From the IMG/VR virus record IMGVR_UViG_3300044680_000280, positions 62,001 through 126,000 of that record: a stretch of DNA of 64,000 nucleotides; one strand, 5' to 3'. The translations under genes and the position numbers were made by a program. The notes below the pieces were generated by a model. It was not told the origin of the DNA. It worked only from the letters and a program-made list of their open reading frames with translations, and did no database searches. Position 1 is the stretch's first letter, and every line of letters starts with the position of its first letter. This document shows positions 56,634-64,000 of the stretch, piece after piece.

Positions 56634-59600
56634 TACACGTTCCTCCTGTCGTAGGTTGTAGGAGCGGCCCAAACGGGAAGCGCAAGGTCCTCCTCCGTGG
56701 CACTGGCGTGACTGAAGAATTGAGCGAGAACGGTCTTTACCTCTGCCTCGGGTGTCGTCTCAGGGGTGGGATCGTTCTTTCCCGCAACGTTCTGTCCCGT
56801 TGTCAACCCAGCTTGAGCCACGAACGGGGAGATCCCAGCTTGCCGACCGTAAACGCTCTTACGTGGGCAGACGATGGTGAGGTTCTTTGCGGCTCGAGTC
56901 ATGGCCACGTAGGCCAGTTGGCGTTCCGTTTTGTACTCTTCTTCCCGTTCCTTTCGAAGAGCCTCCTGAACCTCGGGAGGCAGCTCGGCCTCCAAGGGGT
57001 TTGGCTTTGGCTCGTACGGAAACACTCCCTTGGCCATGACGACCGACGTGTTGTTCCATTGGGCGCCCTTGACAGAGTGAATCGTTGAAAGAATGACACA
57101 GGGGGGTGCTCTTCGTTCACTCGGAGCCAACTTTAGCTGTTCATCGTCCCAAGTCTTGAGATCGACACGCAAGTCTTTCGCCGCAACAACGAGCTTGTCG
57201 ATGCGAGCCTTGAATTTCTTTGGATCGCTCGGGTCCGTCTCTGGATTGTCTGGGTCTGGTTGGGCGATCTGAAATAGGAAGGCGACGTTTCCCACAGGTT
57301 TCTTGGATTCGTCATCATCGGGATCAGGCGGGGCATCACCTTCTTCCTCGTGCTCGTTATTGAATGGCATGAGAACGTCACGAAGAGTTGGAGCGTCTGC
57401 GCCTTGACGCTCAGGAGCACCCTTAATATTGAGGATATCCCCGAAAAGGTCCTGGGTTGTGTACTTTTTTTGTTCGCCACCCCTACTCACAAGAATCCCT
57501 GAATCGACAGAGCTTCGTATGCCGTTGAGAGAACGACCTAAATTCTCGAGCTCCTCACCAGTCGCTCGTACTTTCCAGTTTTCCCATCGACGAGCTGGAT
57601 CCATCGCGTCCATGAAGTCATTGATTCCGTTACGGTCAAACAAATCGAGGGGATTCACGTTCGCCGTGGTCGTTCCAGACTTGCGGGCCCTCTTCTCAAC
57701 AACCTCACGAACAATCCGTTCCGACTCCCCAGCCTTCAAGAAAAAACGGTTGGGCTTGTTCAAAATCTCAATGAGAGACCGCTGCATTCGCTCGAAGTCC
57801 TGCCCGACTGCGAGATTGAAGTAGCTCATGACCGTAATGGTCTCGGGCGACTTCAAAAAGCTTGTACCGCCTTTGCGGGCGTATGGAATGCCCTGAATGA
57901 TGCAGGCCGTTTCGAAGTCGTTCTGCTCCATGTTGGTGCGAGTAAGCACGGCATAGTTTTCGATGGGTTCCCCAGCGTCCAAATCCTGCTTGATCTGACC
58001 AACGACGTTGAGCGCTCCGTTTGCGTGCGTTGCGGGCTCCTGAACAACAATAGACGCCTGCCCTCGCGGTTTAGATGGGTCAGGACGGGCTTCGATACGA
58101 ACTGCCGTTTCATGGTGCTCCATGAGCTGATTGGCATGGTCCACGATTTCAGGCAGACAACGGTAATTGGTCTTGATCGACTTGACCTTCCAACCTGGCT
58201 TGCCGTGAAACTGATTGAAGAGCTCGGGACGCGCCCCCACGAAGCGGTTGATCGATTGTTTTGGGTCGCCCACGAGCCATTCGGACTTACCATCCGAGCC
58301 GTCGCCGATTTTCTCGCACATCATGTCGATGATCTGATGTTGAACCGTATTAAGGTCCTGGGCTTCATCAACGATAACGTGGTCGAACATCGCTTGGATC
58401 TTCGCTCGAACCTTCGGGTCTCTCTTCAAAAGGTCACGAAAGAGCAGAATCATATCGGAAAAGTCTCCGAGACGAGCTTTCCCATTATCGCGCCACTTGG
58501 CCAGAAATTCCCCCCATTGCCTGCTGGCTCTGGGGTTAGTCCTCACACACGGGGGAGACCAGTTCTTGTTGACGCCCTTAAAGCCTTGAGTCCAGGCGTA
58601 CCACTCAGCTTGAGCGGCCTCATCGGGTCCCTTTGCCGAAGCTTTAGCCTGTTCTGACGTAACGTCATTCATGATCCATGCTTGAACCACATTGCCTGTT
58701 TTGCGCGGCGGATCCTCATTTAAACATTCCTTCCAGATCCGAGACATGTACCCGAAAAACGCACCAGGAGATGGGGCACGACCCGCCCGATGTTCGTGAA
58801 ACCCAGACTTTTCCGAATCCTTTGGCATAAACCATGTGGAAAGAGTTGCCTTTTCCTCAGGAGTCCCGTTTTCCACAACAAACTTGCGAAACATCCCGTG
58901 CATCGTACCGACATGCATCTGATTAAGGATATTGTCCCCCACTCGAGCGGCAATACGCTCACGTAGCTCCCGAGCGGCCTTTTTGTTGAAACTAACGATG
59001 AATACGCGCGAAGGGTTCACCTTCTTTTCTTTGACCAAATAGGCGGCTCGAGCGGTCGCCGTCGTCGTCTTTCCAGATCCCGCGCCCGCATCCACGAGAA
59101 CCTTGCCGTCAGTCATTGCGGCGTCGAGCTGCTCGGGATCAAGACCTTTGAGAGACTCGGGAACGTTCTGTGCTTTTGCCGCCGCTACAGCCGCCGTCGC
59201 GATGCCCACCACCTCGGATCGGGTGGGAGGTATGTCTGGTGTCCCGCTGACCTCGAGCGCCTTTGCCGCCGCCACCGTGGCGTCCGCCTGAATGAGGCTC
59301 AGACGTTCTGTATGGGCCGCCTGCGCCTGGTGCCCCTCTTCACTCAGAGGCGGGCTGTTCGACTTCTTGGCGTGGTCTATGGCCAGCGCCGCCGTGTTGT
59401 CCTGCGTCGCCGTAGAGGCAGCGTCGACAGCATCCTGGAAAGATCCTGAACCCGCCGTCTTCGCCGCAATGTCGATCCACGCCCGAATGCGACCGTTCCG
59501 AACGTTGATAACTGAAAACTTGTCCAGGGCGATAGCGCCGTCGTCGAGACAGGACGACTGCATCGCCGTCTTGACCTCCTGAATGGCTTTGTTCGTCTTG

Positions 59601-59944
59601 AAGACCTTGCGGATGGTGTTTGCTCCTCCGCGCGAAAGTACTGTACGAAGTTGCAGGGCTTGGCGCGGGAGACCCGCTCGATTCGCCCCGAAGTGGAAAA
59701 CCTTCTCAAGCATTTTCCGCATGTTGTCCGTCGGCATGTGCTCAGACAGAAACGTGTGGAACTCGTCGCCCATCATGGAATTGAGCGTACGGATGAGCGC
59801 GACGCCCTTTTGGATGACGGGATCGGAAGGATCTTGGATACCCGTCTTTTCCTTGAGAGTTCGATAGTATGTATCGAAGGCGAGGATCAGTACGACCCAC
59901 TCCGCAACCTCGATCTCCTTGATATCCGCTACGGGCTCGTCCAT
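56633..59944 (-). CDS. Superfamily 1 DNA helicase, UvrD/Rep/PcrA family (1103 aa), with ~265-aa N-terminal extension
   Basis: Q motif LDPEQ, Walker A AGAGSGKT, Ia SFNKKAARELRER, Walker B VDEAQD, III GDPKQSI, IV NYR, V TIHSVKG, VI ERQLAYVAMTRA. Confidence 0.93.
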   Translation of the reverse strand: MDEPVADIKEIEVAEWVVLILAFDTYYRTLKEKTGIQDPSDPVIQKGVALIRTLNSMMGDEFHTFLSEHMPTDNMRKMLEKVFHFGANRAGLPRQALQLRTVLSRGGANTIRKVFKTNKAIQEVKTAMQSSCLDDGAIALDKFSVINVRNGRIRAWIDIAAKTAGSGSFQDAVDAASTATQDNTAALAIDHAKKSNSPPLSEEGHQAQAAHTERLSLIQADATVAAAKALEVSGTPDIPPTRSEVVGIATAAVAAAKAQNVPESLKGLDPEQLDAAMTDGKVLVDAGAGSGKTTTATARAAYLVKEKKVNPSRVFIVSFNKKAARELRERIAARVGDNILNQMHVGTMHGMFRKFVVENGTPEEKATLSTWFMPKDSEKSGFHEHRAGRAPSPGAFFGYMSRIWKECLNEDPPRKTGNVVQAWIMNDVTSEQAKASAKGPDEAAQAEWYAWTQGFKGVNKNWSPPCVRTNPRASRQWGEFLAKWRDNGKARLGDFSDMILLFRDLLKRDPKVRAKIQAMFDHVIVDEAQDLNTVQHQIIDMMCEKIGDGSDGKSEWLVGDPKQSINRFVGARPELFNQFHGKPGWKVKSIKTNYRCLPEIVDHANQLMEHHETAVRIEARPDPSKPRGQASIVVQEPATHANGALNVVGQIKQDLDAGEPIENYAVLTRTNMEQNDFETACIIQGIPYARKGGTSFLKSPETITVMSYFNLAVGQDFERMQRSLIEILNKPNRFFLKAGESERIVREVVEKRARKSGTTTANVNPLDLFDRNGINDFMDAMDPARRWENWKVRATGEELENLGRSLNGIRSSVDSGILVSRGGEQKKYTTQDLFGDILNIKGAPERQGADAPTLRDVLMPFNNEHEEEGDAPPDPDDDESKKPVGNVAFLFQIAQPDPDNPETDPSDPKKFKARIDKLVVAAKDLRVDLKTWDDEQLKLAPSERRAPPCVILSTIHSVKGAQWNNTSVVMAKGVFPYEPKPNPLEAELPPEVQEALRKEREEEYKTERQLAYVAMTRAAKNLTIVCPRKSVYGRQAGISPFVAQAGLTTGQNVAGKNDPTPETTPEAEVKTVLAQFFSHASATEEDLALPVWAAPTTYDRRNV

Positions 59945-60010
59945 GGTTCTTCCTTACATTACCCCGCACAAGTGAAACCGGACGGTTTCTCTTACACCGT
60001 AGAGCTTGGC

Positions 60011-60976
60011 CTAAGAAGAGAATTTGTCGAGAACCGTTCCGTCTTTCGTGTACGCTTCTTCGAGGTTAGGGACCAGGTACTGAGAGCGCAACGTGGACGG
60101 CTCGTGCCCGACCGCGTCGGACGTCTCATCCAACGCTTTCAAGAACTCCTTTTTCAGGAGCTTTTCTCGCTCCTTCTTGTCTTCAGGGAGTTCCTTGCCC
60201 TTCGACCGGATCGCCTTGAGACGCTCCTGCATTTCCCGGTTCGCATGATACCCCCGGAGATCCTTTGCCGTAACGTCAAAATCCTTCAGATAGGCGTTGA
60301 CTTTCTCAGCCGTAGCCTTCGGAAGAAGTTCGGAATTCTCCCCTTTGGCCGCTTCGTACGCTTTCTTGAGGGCCTTTTTGATGCCGGCGTCCGTGACCTT
60401 TTTGTCGTGATCCACCCCGGACTTGCCGACGTACCTAATGGTCGCCCCACCCGAACCGAAGCTCACGTGCTTCTTGCGCCACCCGGTGACCCCAAAGTGC
60501 CCGTCCTTGGCGCTGTCGTCATTGCCAACCCGCTCATACGTATGGTCAATGAGGGCGACCGCCAGGGCCGTTTGAGCCGTGTCCTCATCGTCGGAGGATA
60601 GGTCGCTCTTGTACTTAGTACGGAGTTTACCGATACTCTTTTTAAGGGCATCGATTCGCTCAGCCTTCTTCTTGTCCCGATTGGCAATTTGACGGTCCGA
60701 ATACTCGTAGACGGTCATTTCATCACCGTCTTTGGTCTTGACCTTCTTCTTGGACTTGTAGCTAGCGGCCACCCGCTCCACCATTGCCTTGTTGTGTTTG
60801 AAGTACTCAACCTCAGAAAGCCGCTTCTCTGCCTCACCCTTCGAAGGATAACAGCCCCCATTCCAGTCTTTATTATTCGGAGACCGAACGCAGAACTCCC
60901 CCTTCTCTTTGACGATAATGGCTACACGTGTCGCCGCAGCAATACGCCATACGACTCGAGGAGTTAGAGAGTCCAC
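60011..60976 (-). CDS. DNA topoisomerase IB (bacterial/viral short type, 321 aa) with N-terminal accessory domain
   Basis: Catalytic set in order: ERVGN (Arg), YVGKSG (Lys), TAKDLR (Arg), VGH (His), RSQYL (Tyr nucleophile). Confidence 0.9.
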   Translation of the reverse strand: MDSLTPRVVWRIAAATRVAIIVKEKGEFCVRSPNNKDWNGGCYPSKGEAEKRLSEVEYFKHNKAMVERVAASYKSKKKVKTKDGDEMTVYEYSDRQIANRDKKKAERIDALKKSIGKLRTKYKSDLSSDDEDTAQTALAVALIDHTYERVGNDDSAKDGHFGVTGWRKKHVSFGSGGATIRYVGKSGVDHDKKVTDAGIKKALKKAYEAAKGENSELLPKATAEKVNAYLKDFDVTAKDLRGYHANREMQERLKAIRSKGKELPEDKKEREKLLKKEFLKALDETSDAVGHEPSTLRSQYLVPNLEEAYTKDGTVLDKFSS

Positions 60977-60999
60977 CCTAGTACGATCCGATAAGAACG

Positions 61000-61644
61000 T
61001 CAGTGTGAATCGTATTGGATACCCAAGTGCTCCCAGAGAGCCTCGAGCTCCAGAATCGTCATGTTTGAGGCCTTGCTCATGTTGTCCTTGAGCCAGCCGT
61101 AGAATGCGATGCCACCCTGCCGCCCTCGGGGCCAGTAATTGGTGTCCTGCCTGTAACCGTCCGCCGCTTTCCCCTCGGCATGAATGACAACACTGTTTGT
61201 CACGCGAAAATCACGGGGACTCGCATGAATACTGACAATAGTGTCATCAGGAAACTTCTTTTCGAGATCAATCGTCGTGCCCGCCGGCTCAACGTCAATC
61301 CCGCGCCTGGTTTGCTCACGAAGCTTGAAGAGATTCTCGTGCCCTGAGCGTGAGAGAATATCTTCCAAGTGCTTCTTCGCCTCGTCGTAGCTCATGTGAG
61401 AGATCGACGAAACTGCCTGCTTGACGATCTTGTCCGAAAGCTCGTCATTCAGAGTCTTCGGAATCAGAGTCAGCTCGCGAACTTTCTTGCCCCTCTTGCC
61501 AGCGTTCTGCATCTCCGTGATCTGAAGACTTCCGTGAAAGTGATGGAGCTTCAGATGTTCCGTAAAAGTGGATTTACCCACTTCCAACGCAACGATCCGG
61601 AGGGCAGCCGCTCGAGCTGCAACACGAAAGGCTAGGGGATTCAT
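61000..61644 (-). CDS. Hypothetical protein (214 aa) with N-terminal RVAARAAA motif
   Basis: Strong AAGGGAG SD; follows the sheath stop. Confidence 0.75.
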   Translation of the reverse strand: MNPLAFRVAARAAALRIVALEVGKSTFTEHLKLHHFHGSLQITEMQNAGKRGKKVRELTLIPKTLNDELSDKIVKQAVSSISHMSYDEAKKHLEDILSRSGHENLFKLREQTRRGIDVEPAGTTIDLEKKFPDDTIVSIHASPRDFRVTNSVVIHAEGKAADGYRQDTNYWPRGRQGGIAFYGWLKDNMSKASNMTILELEALWEHLGIQYDSH

Positions 61645-61667
61645 TTTAATCTCCCTTACCTACGATC

Positions 61668-64000
61668 TCAGAGGCTCGCCCTGAGGTTGAACGTGAGTAC
61701 GAGGTATAGAAGGGGGAAGATGGGCTGGTAGTACGCCTGGAAGTCCAGGGTGGTCGGATCGTTCGCGTCCACGTTGGCAGCGACGCCCGTGTAAGCCGCG
61801 ATGATTTCCGCCTGAATGAGACCCTTCAAGAGAGCGGTCATCGAGACGACGACTTCATTCGTTCGCGAGGCAAGGAACTTGGTGCCAACGAACGAGTCGA
61901 GAGCGCTTCGGCTTTGCTCTTGTGTGAAGTCGGAGATCTGAGTGACCGTCGGAAGACGGGTCAAAATCGACGTCATGTTCGTCGTCAGACCCTGGCGGAT
62001 TCGGAGGAATCCGTTACCCAGGTCGTCGAGGAGCGTGACGCCCGCGACTGCCGTCTGGTTTGCCGTGACGGGGTCGAGAGTTCGCTCGATGCTGGTAAAG
62101 CCCAGAATCTTGCGGTGCGTATAGGGAGTCGCCACGTCGATTGCTGGGGAGCAGGACGCTCCTGCAACCGCCGCCGCAAAGAAGGTTCCGTCCACGATGC
62201 TGTCGTAGGACTGGCCGGTCTCGTCGGTCAGGGTGATATCCGAGCTGTCGGGGTAGAGAGCCAGGATACGGTTCGAATTGAGGCTCTTGGCAACGGACTG
62301 AGCATTGCTTGGAGTGGTTCCCGAAGCGAATCCGATCATACCCATGCGCTCTGCTTGATTTCGAATGCTCGACTGAACTTCGCAGTGCTGCGTGAGGTAC
62401 GCAAACACTGAGGTGTCCGTCGCGAGCGGAACGATGACGTCGGGCTTGACATTGCCAGGAAGCGGGGTCGCGAGACCTTGAATCGCAGCGATGAAACTCG
62501 CATCCGACGCCTGGTTCGTGTTCGCGACGGTGAGAACCTGGTCGATACCAACGAGAACCGCACCGTTCTGGACCATCAGATAGAAGGCAAGGGAGACGCG
62601 GTTCTGCGGGCTGACCGCACCGAAGTTGGCCTCGACTGTCTTCTGCTGCTGGTAAAGACGAGTCGTGTAGTCCTGCTTCATGTACGTGTAGGACACGTAG
62701 TAGGAGTCACCAATCGAAGGCGCGACGCCCGAGGGGTCGAACGTTTGAACCGTACCTGTATCGTTCACTCCGACACCGACCGTGTTCGAAACCGTTGTCT
62801 CGAGACCGGGAATGGCGTACGTCGGAATCGACGAGGACACCTGGAAGGTTTCGCTTACGGTCAGGGTGAAGCTTCCAGCCGAGTCGTACGAGCCGCTCGA
62901 GGCTGGGAGAACTGTGAAGCGAAGTCCCGTGACTTCGTCAACATAGGTCTGACCAGGGTAACCGACGTTGTTCGTACCCGTACCCGTACCGCTCGCATTC
63001 GAGGAGGTGACGACGTAGTTGTTCGTGGCGTCTTCGCCGTTATCCCCATCCGTACCAGGCGTGAGCCCGATGTTCGTAGTGGGATTGAAGGCCGAATTAC
63101 CCGAGGTGACGAAGGCGATGCTAGAGGATGCCGCACCGACGGTCAAAGACTCGAACGTGATGTAGTTCAAGCCATTGAGCTGATCGACATAAGCGACCGC
63201 GCCGCTTACGAAGCCCGACGTGGCCATCAGCTCATCGACAACTTCGTAGGCGAAAACCTTCGTCTGCGTTGCCGTCTGATTGACGGTGAGTCCGAGAGTC
63301 GCGTTCGACGTGCCCGAACCGATGGAGATGATCGAGTTGGCGTTATTCGTGGGGCTCGTCAAACGGAGCTTGTTGACGTTTCCAAGAGTTCCCGCCGACG
63401 CAACACCCGAAAGGCCCGGAACCGTATTGATGAGCGTCACAAGGGTCGACGTGGTAACGGAAGTACCAGCCGTCAGGGTGATGGTGTACTGAACCCCATT
63501 GACCGTAATGATGAGCTGGTCGTTGACACCCGCCGTGATGTTGAACGGTCCCGCAACCGATCCGAGAATCGTAGCGGGCTTGTTGATCGCACCAGGGGTG
63601 CCGTTCGCCGACTGGAAGGTCGTGAATCCAAGAACCGTCTCAACGGTTCCCTGCTCAATCGTGATGTTCGACACACTATCGAAACCGCCGGGGAGAGCCG
63701 CCGGAGTCGAGTAGCTGAAGATGTGAAAGAGCACGTCTCCGCCCGAGATCTGCGATAGGCCGGCGAGATGGTTCGGCGCCGTACCCGAGAAGGTGGCGTT
63801 CGCATCGATTGCCGCGTTGATCGCAGCCACGATAGCCGTAGGGGTCAGACTTCCGATAGGGATCGGGGCTACGACCGCCGTGCCGTCAATGAGCAGGTTG
63901 AGGTAGGGGGCCACTTGGGCTGTCGTCGCCGAATTCGTTGTACCCGTGTAAGATGCACTGAGCGTAACGACCGTACCAACAACCGTGGAAACGGTGTACG
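61668..64000 (-). CDS. Tail sheath protein, partial (5' end beyond the window)
   Basis: C-terminal sheath core (ERMGMIG, DGTFFAAAVAG, TPYTHRKI.GF, RIRQGLTT, FVGTKF, YQPIFPLLY). The frame stays open upstream of 63914 to the window end. Confidence 0.88.
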   Translation of the reverse strand, partial: YTVSTVVGTVVTLSASYTGTTNSATTAQVAPYLNLLIDGTAVVAPIPIGSLTPTAIVAAINAAIDANATFSGTAPNHLAGLSQISGGDVLFHIFSYSTPAALPGGFDSVSNITIEQGTVETVLGFTTFQSANGTPGAINKPATILGSVAGPFNITAGVNDQLIITVNGVQYTITLTAGTSVTTSTLVTLINTVPGLSGVASAGTLGNVNKLRLTSPTNNANSIISIGSGTSNATLGLTVNQTATQTKVFAYEVVDELMATSGFVSGAVAYVDQLNGLNYITFESLTVGAASSSIAFVTSGNSAFNPTTNIGLTPGTDGDNGEDATNNYVVTSSNASGTGTGTNNVGYPGQTYVDEVTGLRFTVLPASSGSYDSAGSFTLTVSETFQVSSSIPTYAIPGLETTVSNTVGVGVNDTGTVQTFDPSGVAPSIGDSYYVSYTYMKQDYTTRLYQQQKTVEANFGAVSPQNRVSLAFYLMVQNGAVLVGIDQVLTVANTNQASDASFIAAIQGLATPLPGNVKPDVIVPLATDTSVFAYLTQHCEVQSSIRNQAERMGMIGFASGTTPSNAQSVAKSLNSNRILALYPDSSDITLTDETGQSYDSIVDGTFFAAAVAGASCSPAIDVATPYTHRKILGFTSIERTLDPVTANQTAVAGVTLLDDLGNGFLRIRQGLTTNMTSILTRLPTVTQISDFTQEQSRSALDSFVGTKFLASRTNEVVVSMTALLKGLIQAEIIAAYTGVAANVDANDPTTLDFQAYYQPIFPLLYLVLTFNLRASL

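Noticed and set aside
60011-60976. Tyrosine recombinase/integrase call for the 321-aa protein
   Set aside because: RVGN, GKSG and KDLR (not HxLRH) are TopIB signatures.
172-63758. Numerous plus-strand and alternate-frame ORFs in the track (e.g. 2249-3109, 22952-23989, 39867-40724, 59651-60601, 62478-63758)
   Set aside because: They lie over long minus-strand genes with recognisable motifs, have Arg-rich or featureless translations, and are expected shadows of biased codon usage.
1-64000. Stop-codon reassignment, as in some large phages
   Set aside because: TAA, TGA and TAG all end genes at sensible boundaries, and multi-kilobase ORFs are intact under the standard code.
1-64000. Bacterial eCIS, T6SS or tailocin locus rather than a phage
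   Set aside because: A >1,100-aa TMP, giant fibres, jumbo-phage-type tube and sheath, and the absence of an AAA+ ATPase, membrane complex or host genes favour a phage. Head genes are outside the window, so this is not proven.

Overview
All 64 kb look like the tail and baseplate region of a large (jumbo-type) contractile-tailed phage, about 55% GC by eye, with the standard code and essentially every gene on the minus strand. In transcription order (right to left): tail sheath (partial); a ~7.5-kb non-structural block with a type IB topoisomerase, a UvrD/PcrA-type helicase and small unknown proteins; tail tube; two chaperone-like genes; tape measure; two tube-initiator-like genes, one fused to a GH73-like muramidase; hub; spike; a putative spike tip; wedge proteins (gp25-like, J-like, I-like); and a long run of very large Ser/Thr-rich fibre/adhesin genes. 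The most striking signal is a ~70-75-aa module (GTVxVTNGSxxVT...GQxIxF...YxIxSI..TxLTLxxxYxG). It occurs about 24 times in at least six virion proteins, sits in loops of unrelated scaffolds, nests inside copies of itself up to three deep, and occupies different sites in two paralogous genes, so it behaves like a mobile in-frame protein domain. Other leads: TopIB plus helicase between sheath and tube with shared RVAA-type motifs, a long structured intergenic RNA, and a three-repeat non-PAAR spike-tip candidate. All functional calls come from motifs and gene order read by eye; no searches were run. No tRNA, rRNA, CRISPR or transposase was seen.
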